Of a DNA stretch of 64,000 nucleotides, positions 1 through 9,324 are shown piece by piece. Location: assembly GCA_049602735.1 (NCBI GenBank), contig JBMYRW010000006.1:5655-69654 (forward strand), given 5' to 3'. The number at the start of each line of letters is the position of its first letter. Position 1 is the stretch's first letter. Under the pieces are notes generated by a model, which was given only the letters and a program-made list of their open reading frames with translations, did no database searches and was not told the DNA's origin. This DNA is from Thermoplasmatota archaeon. Its GTDB lineage: Archaea; Thermoplasmatota; E2; JACPAO01; JAHFTW01. The position numbers were made by a program, and so were the translations under genes.

Positions 1-1353
1 GGCGAGGTCGATGGCGACCAGGCTCGGGCGCCCTTCCGTCACGGTTCCTGTCTTGTCGAGCACCACCACGTCCACGTCCCGTGCCCGCTCGAGCGCTTCG
101 CCGCCCTTCACGAGGATGCCGCGCTTGGCACCCAGGCCGGTGCCGACCATGATGGCGGCCGGCGTGGCGAGGCCGAGGGCACAGGGGCAGGCGATCACGA
201 GCACGGCGACGGCGACCAGGAGACTGAAGGTGCCCGGTGCGAGCCCTGCGGGAGGCGCCCAGAGCCCCGTCCCAAGGCCCCACCAGAACAGTCCCGCGCC
301 GCCGGCCAACAGGAGGACGATCGGGACAAAGACGCCGCTCACCTGGTCGGCGATGCGCTGCAGAGGCGCCTTGCGGGCGTTCGCCTCTTCGACGAAACGG
401 ACGATCTGCGCCAGCGTCGTGTCCTCGCCCACCCGCGTCGCTTCCACCACGAGGGCGCCGCCCGAGACGATCGTCGCGCCCAGGACCTCGTCGCCTGGGC
501 CCTTGGCCACGGGCACCGGTTCGCCCGTCATGCTCGATTCGTCCACGGACGCCTCGCCCTCCACGACGCGGCCATCGACGGGGACCGCCTCACCCGGCTT
601 GACGAGCAGGCGGTCCCCGACGCGAACGGCCTCCACGTCCACCTCTTCCACCTCACCGCCCCCATCCGGCAACACGCGGCGGGCGGTCTTCGCACCCTGT
701 TCCAGCAGCGCGCGGACCTCTTGGCCGGCCACCCGCTTCGCCCGCGCCTCCAGGTACTTCCCCACGCCGACCAAGGTGATGATGACGGCACTCGTCTCGA
801 AGTAGGTCGCATGCGCCGACGCGCCGCCCGCCACCAGCCACAGGCTCAGCCCGAACGCCGCCGACGTGCCCAACGCCACCAGGGTGTCCATGTTGGCGCT
901 CCGGGCCCGCAACGCGCGCCAGGCGCCGGTGTAGAAGCCCAGCCCGGCCCAGAACTGCACGGGCGTCGCCAGGGCCAGCGCGAGCCAGCCGTCGTAGGGC
1001 AGGTGGAGGAGCCCCAGGGGCAGCAGGACCATGGTGTACAGGAACAACGGCACGGTGAACGCCGCCGCCACGCGGACCTGCCGCAGCCGCCGGGCCGCCT
1101 CGTCCGCCACTTCCTGCACCGCCGCATCCGGCCGCACGACGCCGTAGCCCGCCGCCTCGACGGCCGCGGCGACCGTGCCCCAGTCCAGGTCAGGGTCATG
1201 CTCCACGGCGGCCCGCTCGGAGGCCAGGTTGACCTGCACCGCCGCAACGCCGGGCACGGCGGCGACGGCGCGCTCCACGTGCACCACGCAGTTGGCACAC
1301 GTCATTCCGGTCACGGGCAGGCGGGTACGGCGAAGAGACGGGGGCTGTTCCAC
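1..1353 (-). CDS. copA: Heavy-metal (Cu+/Ag+ type) P1B-ATPase, N-terminal ~451 codons; the 3' end lies beyond the window edge
   Basis: Absent from the ORF track because it has no stop inside the window. Hand translation of the minus strand gives [22 protein letters not shown] (HMA GMTCxxC), SMTGEPVPV (TGE), [13 protein letters not shown] (CPC) and [13 protein letters not shown] (DKTGT phosphorylation site) at nt 60-1. The GTG start at 1353 is inferred. Confidence 0.9.
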   Translation of the reverse strand, partial: MEQPPSLRRTRLPVTGMTCANCVVHVERAVAAVPGVAAVQVNLASERAAVEHDPDLDWGTVAAAVEAAGYGVVRPDAAVQEVADEAARRLRQVRVAAAFTVPLFLYTMVLLPLGLLHLPYDGWLALALATPVQFWAGLGFYTGAWRALRARSANMDTLVALGTSAAFGLSLWLVAGGASAHATYFETSAVIITLVGVGKYLEARAKRVAGQEVRALLEQGAKTARRVLPDGGGEVEEVDVEAVRVGDRLLVKPGEAVPVDGRVVEGEASVDESSMTGEPVPVAKGPGDEVLGATIVSGGALVVEATRVGEDTTLAQIVRFVEEANARKAPLQRIADQVSGVFVPIVLLLAGGAGLFWWGLGTGLWAPPAGLAPGTFSLLVAVAVLVIACPCALGLATPAAIMVGTGLGAKRGILVKGGEALERARDVDVVVLDKTGTVTEGRPSLVAIDLA

Positions 1354-1481
1354 GGAGACAGATAGGCCCGGGAGGTCTACGTCCCTTGTGCTTTGCAAAT
1401 GGAAAGTGGCCGCTCGGAGCGGGGCATCGAACACCTTTCCCGCCCCGGCGCAGTCCCCCTGGCGTGCAACCCCGGCTGCCC

Positions 1482-2099
1482 ATGGATCCCACCCGCCTCG
1501 TGGAGCACCTGGTGGCCCCGGCGCGCAAGCGGCTCTACATCGACCTGGCCGGCGAGGTGCCCATCGGCGCGCGGCGCGTGCTGCACCTCGACTGCGGCCC
1601 GGCGGACCTGGCCCACGCGGTCGCCCATTACAACAAGGACGTGCGAGTGACGGGGTGCGATGGCGACCCGGTGCAGACGACGCTCGCCAAGCAGCGCCAC
1701 CGTGGCCAGGAGCGCCTCAAGTTCACGCGGGCGCGGCCGGAGGCGACGGGCTTCGACGACGATCGCTTCGATCTCGTGGTGACCGCCGAGCGTTGGCCCT
1801 CCTGGGAGGACCCCCTGGCGGTGCTCGATGAGGCCTGGCGTATCCTACGGCCGGGTGGCGCGCTGTGGCTGCTCACAGGCCGAGGGGACCTGACGGAGGA
1901 GGAGATGCGGGAGAGCCTGGACGTGCCGGACCTGCCCGGCGTCTACGCCGCCACGCGGGCGGGCTTCTACCTGTTCGGTCACAGTGACCGCCGCATCGAG
2001 GAGGAGATCGTCCCGGTCTTCGAGAAGAGCCGCTTCCGTGGCGCCTCATTGGAGAAGCGCGGGGCCTTCGCCCTCCTGGTGGCCCGCAAATCGTCCTAA
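1482..2099 (+). CDS. Class I SAM-dependent methyltransferase
   Basis: ORF 1386-2099 trimmed to the internal ATG (MDPTRL). VLHLDCGPADL resembles the SAM-binding motif I, and RILRPGGALWLL is typical of the post-II region. Confidence 0.7.
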   Translation: MDPTRLVEHLVAPARKRLYIDLAGEVPIGARRVLHLDCGPADLAHAVAHYNKDVRVTGCDGDPVQTTLAKQRHRGQERLKFTRARPEATGFDDDRFDLVVTAERWPSWEDPLAVLDEAWRILRPGGALWLLTGRGDLTEEEMRESLDVPDLPGVYAATRAGFYLFGHSDRRIEEEIVPVFEKSRFRGASLEKRGAFALLVARKSS

Positions 2100-2686
2100 G
2101 CGCCCAGCAGGCGGCTCACCTGGTTGGTCAGCACCGTCGCCGTCGTGCTCCCCGCCGCCTGCTCCAACACCCGACGGACGCTCCCGAGCGCCTCCCGCAG
2201 CACCCCCGGCCGCGGGTCCTCCGCGCCCAGCTGCCGTTCGATCGTGGCGAGCTGCTCCCGCAGGTCCCGCCACAGCTCCAGGCCGATCTCCAACTGGTCC
2301 ATGCGTTCGCGCAGCGCGAAGACCAGGTCCACGACACCGTCCAGGGGCGGCCCGCCCGCCTGGATGCTCGCTGGACCAAGCGGCACAAGACACGCCTGAC
2401 TCGTCGCCGGCAGGCGCTGGCGGGCCAAGGCGGCCTCCGCTTGCAGGATGCCATCATGTGTCAGCCTAACGCGACCGTCCAGGGATGCCACGAGCAGCCA
2501 GCGCTCCGCCTGCAGGTACTGGATCACCCGGTACAGGGCATCATCCGCCATGCCGAGCCCCGCCGCCACCTGGTACAGGTCCGCCATGGCCGCCTCGTCA
2601 CCCCGCGTCGCTTCATACACGCCGCACAGGAACCGCAGCCGCAGCGCCCGTTCCGCCTCCACCTCCGATGCTCCCACGACCGTCAT
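2096..2686 (-). CDS. Hypothetical protein, N-terminal winged-helix-like region plus C-terminal coiled coil
   Basis: ORF 2096-3040 trimmed to the ATG at 2686 (MTVVGASEVE), because the upstream part would overlap the divergent FG-GAP gene. LYRVIQYLQAERWLLVASLDGRVRLTHDG looks like a wHTH wing. High GC3. Confidence 0.5.
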   Translation of the reverse strand: MTVVGASEVEAERALRLRFLCGVYEATRGDEAAMADLYQVAAGLGMADDALYRVIQYLQAERWLLVASLDGRVRLTHDGILQAEAALARQRLPATSQACLVPLGPASIQAGGPPLDGVVDLVFALRERMDQLEIGLELWRDLREQLATIERQLGAEDPRPGVLREALGSVRRVLEQAAGSTTATVLTNQVSRLLGA

Positions 2687-2834
2687 GCAGCTCCCTCGAC
2701 CCAACACGGCCGGACCAAGGTAAGCCTCTTTGCAGGGGAGAGAGGGACGAGCGAAAGCGCGGCTCGTCGAAGGGGGCACGAAGGGTGCCCCGGCAAAGAT
2801 GAAAAGGGCTCCAGGAGTGGCTTGCCTGGTTGCC

Positions 2835-5468
2835 ATGCGTACGACCGTCGTAGCATCCTTGCTCCTGAGCGCCAGTCTTGTGGCGATGAGCCTCCCTGGC
2901 GTCGCCCAGAGCGGCCTCCACGTCATCCAGTACGAGGACGTCACCGAAGCCGCCGGCCTGGGCGACTTCAACCTGGCCGGCGAGATCCACCCGGAAAGCG
3001 GCCACAACGGCATCACATACCCCGCGTTCCCTGAGATCATGGGCAGCGGCGGCTGCTTCTTCGACTACGACGGCGACGGCTACGAGGACATCTACCTCGT
3101 CAACCAGTACTACAACCCGGAGAACCCGTACTCCGACCCGTGGCGCCACCTGATGGACCCGCACAACAAGCTGTACCGCAACAACGGCGACGGCACGTTC
3201 GAGGACGTCAGCGCCCAGAGCGGCACGGACAGCCGCGCGTTCGGCTACGGGTGCACCGCCGCCGACTACGACGCCGACGGCGACCTCGACCTCTACCTGG
3301 CCAACTTCGGTGACAACGAACTCCTGCGCAACAACGGCGACGGCACCTTCACGGACGTCACGGCCGCTGCTGGCGTCGCCAAGGGCGACCAGGCCGGCTG
3401 CGGCGTCGACCCCTGCATGAGCATCCTGTCCGCCTGGGCCGACTACGACCTCGACGGCGACCTGGACTTCTTCGTGGGCAACTACGTGCAGACCAACTTC
3501 GAGGAGCTCACGCGCGGCCCCGAACACCACGGCAGCCAACTCAACTGGCTCTTCCGCAACAACGGCGACGGCACGTTCACCGAGGTCGGCGAACAGGCCG
3601 GCGTGGAGGGCATCATGGCCGAGCCCACGCAGCACCTGCGCAGCGACACGCTGGGTGCCCTGTGGAGCGACATGGACCTGGACGGCGACCTCGACCTCTA
3701 CGTCGCCAACGACCTGACGCCCAACGAGTTCTACGTCAACAACGGCGACGGCACCTTCAGCGACCACTCCATCAGTAGCGGCCTCGACGACGACCGGGCC
3801 GGCATGGGTGTCGCCAGCGGCGACTTCGACCGCGACGGCTACCCTGACCTCTACTTCACCCACTACCAGAACCAGTTCAACGGCTTCTACCGCAACAACG
3901 GCGACCTGACGTTCGAGGACTGGAGCGGCTACGGCGACCTGCAGGTGGAGACGCCGTTCGTCGGCTGGGGCACGGCTTTCGTGGACCTGGACCGCGACGG
4001 CGACCTGGACATCGTGGCCGCCAACGGCCACACGGAGTCCGCCACGCCGGACTACGAGCAGGAGACCTTGGTGTTCTACAACGTCCCCGATGCGCTGGGC
4101 CCCGGTGGCCGCGGCTTCGTCGACGTGACCGCCGAGTCGGGCCCTGGCATCACCGCCGAGAAGGTGACCCGTGGCGCCGCGTTCGCCGACTACGACCTGG
4201 ACGGCGACACGGACATCCTGCTGGTCAACAACAACAATGACACGGTGCAGCTCCTGCGCGGCTCCGGCGTCACGAACCAATGGCTCAGCGTCCTGCTGGA
4301 CGGCGACGCCCCGAACACGTTCGGCATCGGCGCCCGCGTCCTGGCCACCACCGGCACGATCACGCAGGTGCTGGAACTGCAAGCCGGTAGCAGCTACGAA
4401 TCCCAGAACTCCATGCGGCTCGACTTCGGCCTCGGTGACGCGACCGTCGTCGACAAGCTGACGATCCATTGGCCCGACGGCCTCATGACCGAGACCCTGG
4501 ACATCGCGGCCGGCCAGGCCATCCGCGTGGACCGGACCGGCTCCTACGTCACCGACACCCTCTCGCCGGCCACGACGCTCGTGACCGACATCACGGCCGG
4601 CGTCGAGTCCTGGTACCCTGGCCCCGTCGATGTGACCCTTGACACGGTCGACCGCAACGTCGGCGCCCCCAGCGGCGTCGCCTGGGTGGAAGCGTCCGTC
4701 GATGGCGGTGCGTGGGCCCCGTACAACGGGGAGACGCTCTCCTTCGCCTCGGAGGGGACCTACACGATCCAGTGCAAGAGCGCCGACATGGTGGGCAACC
4801 TGGAACCGGTGCGTTCGCAGACGTTCGGTGTCGACCTGACGCCGCCCACCGCCAGCCACCACCTGGACCAGGTGCCCACGTTCGGCTCCTGGTACGCTGG
4901 CGACGTGACCGTGACCCTGGAGGGCAGCGATGCCCTGAGCGGCCTGCACGAACTGCGCTACCGCTCCAACGGTGGCCCCTGGATGGTCTACGAAGGGCCG
5001 TTCCAGGTGTCGGAGGCCGGCAGCACCGTGATCGACTACTACGCCTTGGACAAGGCCGGCCACCAGAGCGCCTTGGGCACCGTCGAGGTCCTCGTGGACC
5101 TGGAGCGCCCGCAGGCGGACCTGGAGCGCCCCAACGAAGGCGAGCTGCACCTGGCGGGCCGTGTGCTGGACTGGCCCCAAGGCGGCCGCATGGTCGTCGT
5201 GGCCTCGCCCACCGGCATGCCGGGCTCCAAGCTCCTGGTGAAGGTGGACGTGGAGGATGACCACAGCGGCATCGACCGCGTGGCGTTCTACATCGACAAC
5301 GACCTGCAGCACACGGCGTACGGCGCCGGCACGCACACGTGGCATTGGCAGGTCTCGGAGGCCGAGGCGGGCAACCAGAAGCTCCGCGTGGTCGCGTATG
5401 ACAACGTGGGCAACCAGGCGACCCGGGCGGTCAGCACGACGGTCCTTCCAGGCGCGCTGCCCTTGTAG
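2835..5468 (+). CDS. Secreted CRTAC1/ASPIC-UnbV family protein with FG-GAP/VCBS repeats and C-terminal Ig-like domains
   Basis: Signal peptide MRTTVVASLLLSASLVAMSLPGVAQ (alternative ATG at 2799). Five or more repeats of RNNGDGTF(E/T)DV plus DxDxDGDLD(L/I)Y calcium-type loops. UnbV_ASPIC-like block NQWLSVLLDG...GIGARV...LQAGSSYESQNS...LTIHWPDG. Confidence 0.85.
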   Translation: MRTTVVASLLLSASLVAMSLPGVAQSGLHVIQYEDVTEAAGLGDFNLAGEIHPESGHNGITYPAFPEIMGSGGCFFDYDGDGYEDIYLVNQYYNPENPYSDPWRHLMDPHNKLYRNNGDGTFEDVSAQSGTDSRAFGYGCTAADYDADGDLDLYLANFGDNELLRNNGDGTFTDVTAAAGVAKGDQAGCGVDPCMSILSAWADYDLDGDLDFFVGNYVQTNFEELTRGPEHHGSQLNWLFRNNGDGTFTEVGEQAGVEGIMAEPTQHLRSDTLGALWSDMDLDGDLDLYVANDLTPNEFYVNNGDGTFSDHSISSGLDDDRAGMGVASGDFDRDGYPDLYFTHYQNQFNGFYRNNGDLTFEDWSGYGDLQVETPFVGWGTAFVDLDRDGDLDIVAANGHTESATPDYEQETLVFYNVPDALGPGGRGFVDVTAESGPGITAEKVTRGAAFADYDLDGDTDILLVNNNNDTVQLLRGSGVTNQWLSVLLDGDAPNTFGIGARVLATTGTITQVLELQAGSSYESQNSMRLDFGLGDATVVDKLTIHWPDGLMTETLDIAAGQAIRVDRTGSYVTDTLSPATTLVTDITAGVESWYPGPVDVTLDTVDRNVGAPSGVAWVEASVDGGAWAPYNGETLSFASEGTYTIQCKSADMVGNLEPVRSQTFGVDLTPPTASHHLDQVPTFGSWYAGDVTVTLEGSDALSGLHELRYRSNGGPWMVYEGPFQVSEAGSTVIDYYALDKAGHQSALGTVEVLVDLERPQADLERPNEGELHLAGRVLDWPQGGRMVVVASPTGMPGSKLLVKVDVEDDHSGIDRVAFYIDNDLQHTAYGAGTHTWHWQVSEAEAGNQKLRVVAYDNVGNQATRAVSTTVLPGALPL
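3176..3920 (+). repeat. Intragenic coding repeats (FG-GAP modules)
   Basis: The near-identical nucleotide module cgcaacaacggcgacggcac(g/c)ttc (RNNGDGTF) recurs about five times, near 3180, 3330, 3550, 3740 and 3890. Confidence 0.8.
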
Positions 5469-5539
5469 CAAGGCCGGGGCTCCAGCGGACAGACAGGGGG
5501 CGCCGCAGGCGTCTTGAAGCGCGGCCGCCATGAGCACCC

Positions 5540-6391
5540 ATGCTGCGGTCCCTGGCCATCCTGCCCTTGCTCCTTGCGGCCTTGGCGCCTTCGGTGGCGT
5601 TGGAGGCCCCCTTCCACGGGGATGCCGATCCGACCCTGGCGGCCTGGCTACCCGCTGGCCTCGATTGCCTGCTTCCCGTCCAGCTGCCGCTGCCGCCGGA
5701 CAGCCCCACGGAGGCGCTACCGGAGCCGACGGCGCAGACGTGCAGCGGTATCCGTCCAGGTGCCAAGTTCAGCAACCGGGGTTGCACCATGGCGTTCGTC
5801 CTCACGGACCTGACGGACACATACGTCGCCACGGCCGGCCACTGCGTCCGTGAAGGTCAGCGGATGTCCGCCCATGGTGTGGGCGCCTTCGGGACCGTCG
5901 TCTTCGATTCGGATGGCCTGGACCGGGATTTCGCCCTCATCAAGGTGGATGCGGACAAGCGTGGCCTCGTCAACCCGGCCATGTGCCGGTGGGGCGGACC
6001 GACGACGATGGGTGCTCCTGGCGTTCCGGGCGCCCTGTACCGGGTGTACGGGTGGGGCGGCGAGACGCGGCACCACGATGACACGCGGGCCCGCAGCGGC
6101 GTCGAACTGATGCCCCCGAACGCGTTGTTGGCCTGGGAGGGTCGCGTGAGCCCCGGTGATTCGGGCGGCCCTGTCATGTCGGCCGATGGTCGCGCCATGG
6201 GTGTCATGATCGTGACGGCGCGGCTGGGCCTCGGCAGCGTGGGCGGCGAGCCCTTGACCGTGGGTGCCGGCGTGGGTACGTCCTTGGCCAGCGGTCTTGC
6301 ACTGGCGCAAGCGGCCGGTATCGGGCCGTTGGTGGTGGTGCCGGGTGGACCCTTGCGGGTGCCGGATCCGACGGACCTGCCGGAACTGTAG
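5540..6391 (+). CDS. Secreted trypsin-like (S1 family) serine protease
   Basis: Signal peptide MLRSLAILPLLLAALAPSVALEA. Catalytic triad context: TAGHC (His), DFALIKV (Asp), GDSGGPV (Ser). Confidence 0.8.
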   Translation: MLRSLAILPLLLAALAPSVALEAPFHGDADPTLAAWLPAGLDCLLPVQLPLPPDSPTEALPEPTAQTCSGIRPGAKFSNRGCTMAFVLTDLTDTYVATAGHCVREGQRMSAHGVGAFGTVVFDSDGLDRDFALIKVDADKRGLVNPAMCRWGGPTTMGAPGVPGALYRVYGWGGETRHHDDTRARSGVELMPPNALLAWEGRVSPGDSGGPVMSADGRAMGVMIVTARLGLGSVGGEPLTVGAGVGTSLASGLALAQAAGIGPLVVVPGGPLRVPDPTDLPEL

Positions 6392-6728
6392 TGCCCTGGC
6401 TGCCTAGAGGTAGGCGGCCTGGAGCTGGGTGACCGTGAGCTCCTCTTCGGGGTCAGGCGTGTGGACCATCAACGCAGGATCACCGAGCGCGATACTTGAA
6501 CATGTTCATCTTCGAACTGAACATGGTAAGGCAATGGGAACCGGTTCGGTTGCTGGAACGGAAGAGCGGGCAAAGGATCCGGGTGGATCAGCAGCATCCG
6601 GGGGCGCAACAGTCGTCCATGGGACACCTCCATGATGGCCACCCGCGCAGGGCGTGTCAACGCGAGCGTGTGGGCCGAGGACGGCCCGGACCGCAACAGG
6701 CCCAAATCACTGCCGGCCATGGGCACCT

Positions 6729-7034
6729 GTGCATCCGTTGGAGGCGTACGTGCGGGCCCACCAGGGCGGCGATCCGGCCGCGTTCCTGGCCCCGGGGTTG
6801 GCGGCGAAGCTGGATGGCGTGCGGCTCGACCGAGAGGGTGTCGTCGCGGCGATCGGGCGGCGACCCACGGGGGCTCTGGTAGAGATCGTCGGTCAACTCG
6901 ACCGTGACGGCGAAGTGGCGATCATTTGGCGTCTCGTAAAGGATGGTCGCGCGGTGTTGGAGATGGCGAGCCGAGGCCGGGCTGGCTCCGACGGGCTGCT
7001 CGTGAGCCTGGCGGAGCGGACGACGGGGCCCTGA
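6729..7034 (+). CDS. Hypothetical protein, possibly NTF2/SnoaL-like
   Basis: ORF 6654-7034. GTG at 6729 gives VHPLEAYVRAHQGGDPAAFLA..., which resembles the N-terminus of SnoaL-like proteins. The start and the function are both uncertain. Confidence 0.35.
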   Translation: MHPLEAYVRAHQGGDPAAFLAPGLAAKLDGVRLDREGVVAAIGRRPTGALVEIVGQLDRDGEVAIIWRLVKDGRAVLEMASRGRAGSDGLLVSLAERTTGP

Positions 7035-7093
7035 CCGGAGTCCCCGGCGGCCCCCACCCGCAAGGCTACGGGCGGCGTTCCCCTGCGAAGCCC

Positions 7094-7960
7094 ATGCAAC
7101 GGACCGTCAGCCGCGTCGTGGACGCCGTCCGGACCCTCGAAGGCGAAGGCATGGAGGTGCGCCGGGCGTTCCCGACGCAGGCCGTGGGGCGGCTCGACCC
7201 GTTCCTGCTGCTCGACCACATGGGCCCCTGGGACTTCGCGCCCGGCGCGGCCAAGGGCGCCCCCGACCACCCGCACCGTGGCTTCGAGACGGTGAGCTAC
7301 ATCATGGAGGGCTCCTGGGAGCACAAGGATTCCCAGGGCAACCATGGCCGCCTGGAGGCCGGGGGCGTGCAATGGATGACGGCCGGTGACGGCGTCGTCC
7401 ATTCGGAGATGCCGAGCCAGGAGGTCCTCGAGCAGGGTGGTCGTCTGCACGGCATCCAGCTCTGGGTCAACCTGCCCGTGGCGGACAAACGCATGGCGCC
7501 CCGCTACCAGGACCTGCCGCCAGCAGCGATCCCTCAAGTGGCCTTGCCGGAGGGGGCGGGCACGGTCCGCGTCATCGCAGGCGCGTTCGCGGGCCGCTCG
7601 GCCGCCATCGACACCCGGACGCCGATCACGTTCCTGCATGCCAAGCTGGCTCCGGGAGGCAGCGTGGAGCTTCCGGCCCCAGCGGACCATGCGGCGTTCC
7701 TGTACGTCCTGACGGGCGACGGCGCCCTCGCGGAGACCCCCTTGAAGGAGGGGCAACTCGCGGTGCTTTCGGAAGGTGACCACGCCACGGTGCAGGCCGG
7801 CAGCGATGGCTTCGACTTGCTGCTCCTGACGGGCCGGCCGTTGGGCGAGCCGGTCTTTCAGTGGGGGCCGTTCGTCATGACGGACCGGCGTGAGATCCTC
7901 GAGGCGATCGAGGACTACCAGGCGGGGCGCATGGGCAGCATCCCGGCGACGTTCGCCTAG
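7094..7960 (+). CDS. Pirin family protein (bicupin)
   Basis: ORF 6926-7960 trimmed to the ATG at 7094 (MQRTVSRVV). Diagnostic pirin blocks: RRAFP, PFLLLDHMGP, HPHRGFETVSYIMEG, VQWMTAGDGVVHSEMP, HGIQLWVNLP. Confidence 0.9.
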   Translation: MQRTVSRVVDAVRTLEGEGMEVRRAFPTQAVGRLDPFLLLDHMGPWDFAPGAAKGAPDHPHRGFETVSYIMEGSWEHKDSQGNHGRLEAGGVQWMTAGDGVVHSEMPSQEVLEQGGRLHGIQLWVNLPVADKRMAPRYQDLPPAAIPQVALPEGAGTVRVIAGAFAGRSAAIDTRTPITFLHAKLAPGGSVELPAPADHAAFLYVLTGDGALAETPLKEGQLAVLSEGDHATVQAGSDGFDLLLLTGRPLGEPVFQWGPFVMTDRREILEAIEDYQAGRMGSIPATFA

Positions 7961-7998
7961 AGGCGGGGCGTAAAGAGAAGCGGTGCCGAGACGGCGTT

Positions 7999-8256
7999 TC
8001 AGGTGGCGCGAGGGACTTCGTCGTCTGCTTCGTCGTCATCCTGGTCGTCGGCAGGGGGCACCATCATCAGGCTGCCCCAGGCGCCGAGGCGACCGGCGGG
8101 CGACGCAGGGACCGCGGTGACCCGAAGGCGGTCGTTGGCGAACGGTCGGTCGGCCGTGGGGCGGGCGCGGGGGGCCTGAGGGCGCAGCAGGTAGGCGCCG
8201 AACACCAGGGCCATCACAAGCAGGGCAGCAACGGGAAGCATCGCCATCGGGATCAT
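7999..8256 (-). CDS. Small membrane protein with acidic C-terminal tail
   Basis: ORF 7999-8286 trimmed to MIPMAMLPVAALLVMALVFGAYLL (one TM helix). C-terminus is PPADDQDDDEADDE. High GC3 from that ATG onward. Confidence 0.45.
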   Translation of the reverse strand: MIPMAMLPVAALLVMALVFGAYLLRPQAPRARPTADRPFANDRLRVTAVPASPAGRLGAWGSLMMVPPADDQDDDEADDEVPRAT

Positions 8257-8497
8257 CGAAACACTCCAAGCCACACTGGCCCACAATCCTACTTAGTGGT
8301 TGAGTCTGCACGTGAGGACGCAGACCCGAACGGTGCGCGTTGGCTCGGCTTCCGGGCCTTAGCGGGTGGCGACAGGGCCTCGAGGCCTCCGGTCGCGTGG
8401 TTCCGTTGCCTTTGCGCCTGTGACTTTCCCGTGCGACAGTCACTGCCTCCTGGCCGCGTGGCCTCCTTAACTGTCCTACGAACATTTGCTTTCCTAA

Positions 8498-8516
8498 GTG
8501 CAGCAGCTTGCTGCAC
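8498..8516. other. Perfect 8-bp stem / 3-nt loop hairpin (gtgcagca-gct-tgctgcac)
   Basis: Read directly from the sequence. It lies 18 nt upstream of the 30-codon ORF at 8534. Confidence 0.5.
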
Positions 8517-8533
8517 GACATCGGAGACCGACC

Positions 8534-8626
8534 ATGACCGACCTGCTTGCCGCCACCGCCGCCACGACCATCCTTGCCCTCGCCGCCCTCCTGTTCCTGC
8601 CCCGCACCGGCCGCCGCACCCTTTAG
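8534..8626 (+). CDS. Possible 30-aa single-TM micro-protein
   Basis: ATG...TAG encoding MTDLLAATAATTILALAALLFLPRTGRRTL. GC3-rich. Ends 21 nt before the DUF2461 gene. Below the ORF-track size cut-off. Confidence 0.3.
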   Translation: MTDLLAATAATTILALAALLFLPRTGRRTL

Positions 8627-8647
8627 CCCGGCCGCCGCTGCCCCCGC

Positions 8648-9304
8648 ATGACGTACTTCACCGACAGCGGCTTCCGCTTCCTGGAGGACCTGGCGCGCAA
8701 CAACGACCGCGACTGGTTCAAGGCCAACCAGGACGACTTCGAGGCGCACCTGCGCAGCCCCTCCTTGGCGTTCATCGAGGACGTGGCCGCCTGGTTCGAG
8801 ATGGAAGGCCTCCCGTACGTCGCCGAGGCCAAGAAAGTGGGCGGCAGCCTCAGCCGCATCCAGCGCGACGTGCGTTTCTCGAAGGACAAGACCCCATACC
8901 ACGGCCACCTCACCATCCATTTCCGCCACCGCGACGGCAGCAAGGACCAGCCCGCCCCCGCCATCGGCATCCGGTTCGGGCCCGACGACATCGGCATGGG
9001 TGGCGGCCTCTACGGCGCCCAGACCCCGACGCTCAACACCGTCCGCGACGCCATCGTCGCCGACCCCAAGGGATGGCAGGCGGCCACGAAGGGCCTGGAA
9101 CTGTGGGGCGAGAGCCTCAAGACGGCGCCCAAAGGCTACGACAAGGAGCACCCGCTCATCGAGGACCTACGGCGCAAGCAGTTCATGGCCAGCGCCCCCA
9201 TGGACCGCGCCACCTTCACCGGGGACCTGATGCCCGCGTTCCAGGCCGGGGTCGCCCGCCTCACGCCGTTCAACGACTTCCTGCACCGCGCCTTGGTGCG
9301 CTGA
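8648..9304 (+). CDS. DUF2461 (TIGR02453) family protein
   Basis: FRFLEDLARNNDRDWFKANQDDFE, SLSRIQRDVRFSKDKTPY and KGYDKEHPLIEDLRRKQF are the characteristic blocks of this family. Confidence 0.85.
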   Translation: MTYFTDSGFRFLEDLARNNDRDWFKANQDDFEAHLRSPSLAFIEDVAAWFEMEGLPYVAEAKKVGGSLSRIQRDVRFSKDKTPYHGHLTIHFRHRDGSKDQPAPAIGIRFGPDDIGMGGGLYGAQTPTLNTVRDAIVADPKGWQAATKGLELWGESLKTAPKGYDKEHPLIEDLRRKQFMASAPMDRATFTGDLMPAFQAGVARLTPFNDFLHRALVR

Positions 9305-9324
9305 CCCGCGTCGAAGCCGGCCGG

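Noticed and set aside
2613-5537. 974-aa minus-strand ORF, the longest in the track
   Set aside because: It is exactly antisense to the FG-GAP/CRTAC1 gene, which has clear domain motifs. Its translation is low-complexity (Val/Ala/Gly/Asp/His runs) with no recognisable motif. It is a typical stop-poor shadow ORF of high-GC DNA.
6469-6726. 85-aa minus-strand ORF in the AT-richer patch
   Set aside because: It has no start-proximal signal, mixed codon bias and no family resemblance, and it overlaps an equally unconvincing plus-strand ORF. I left it uncalled.
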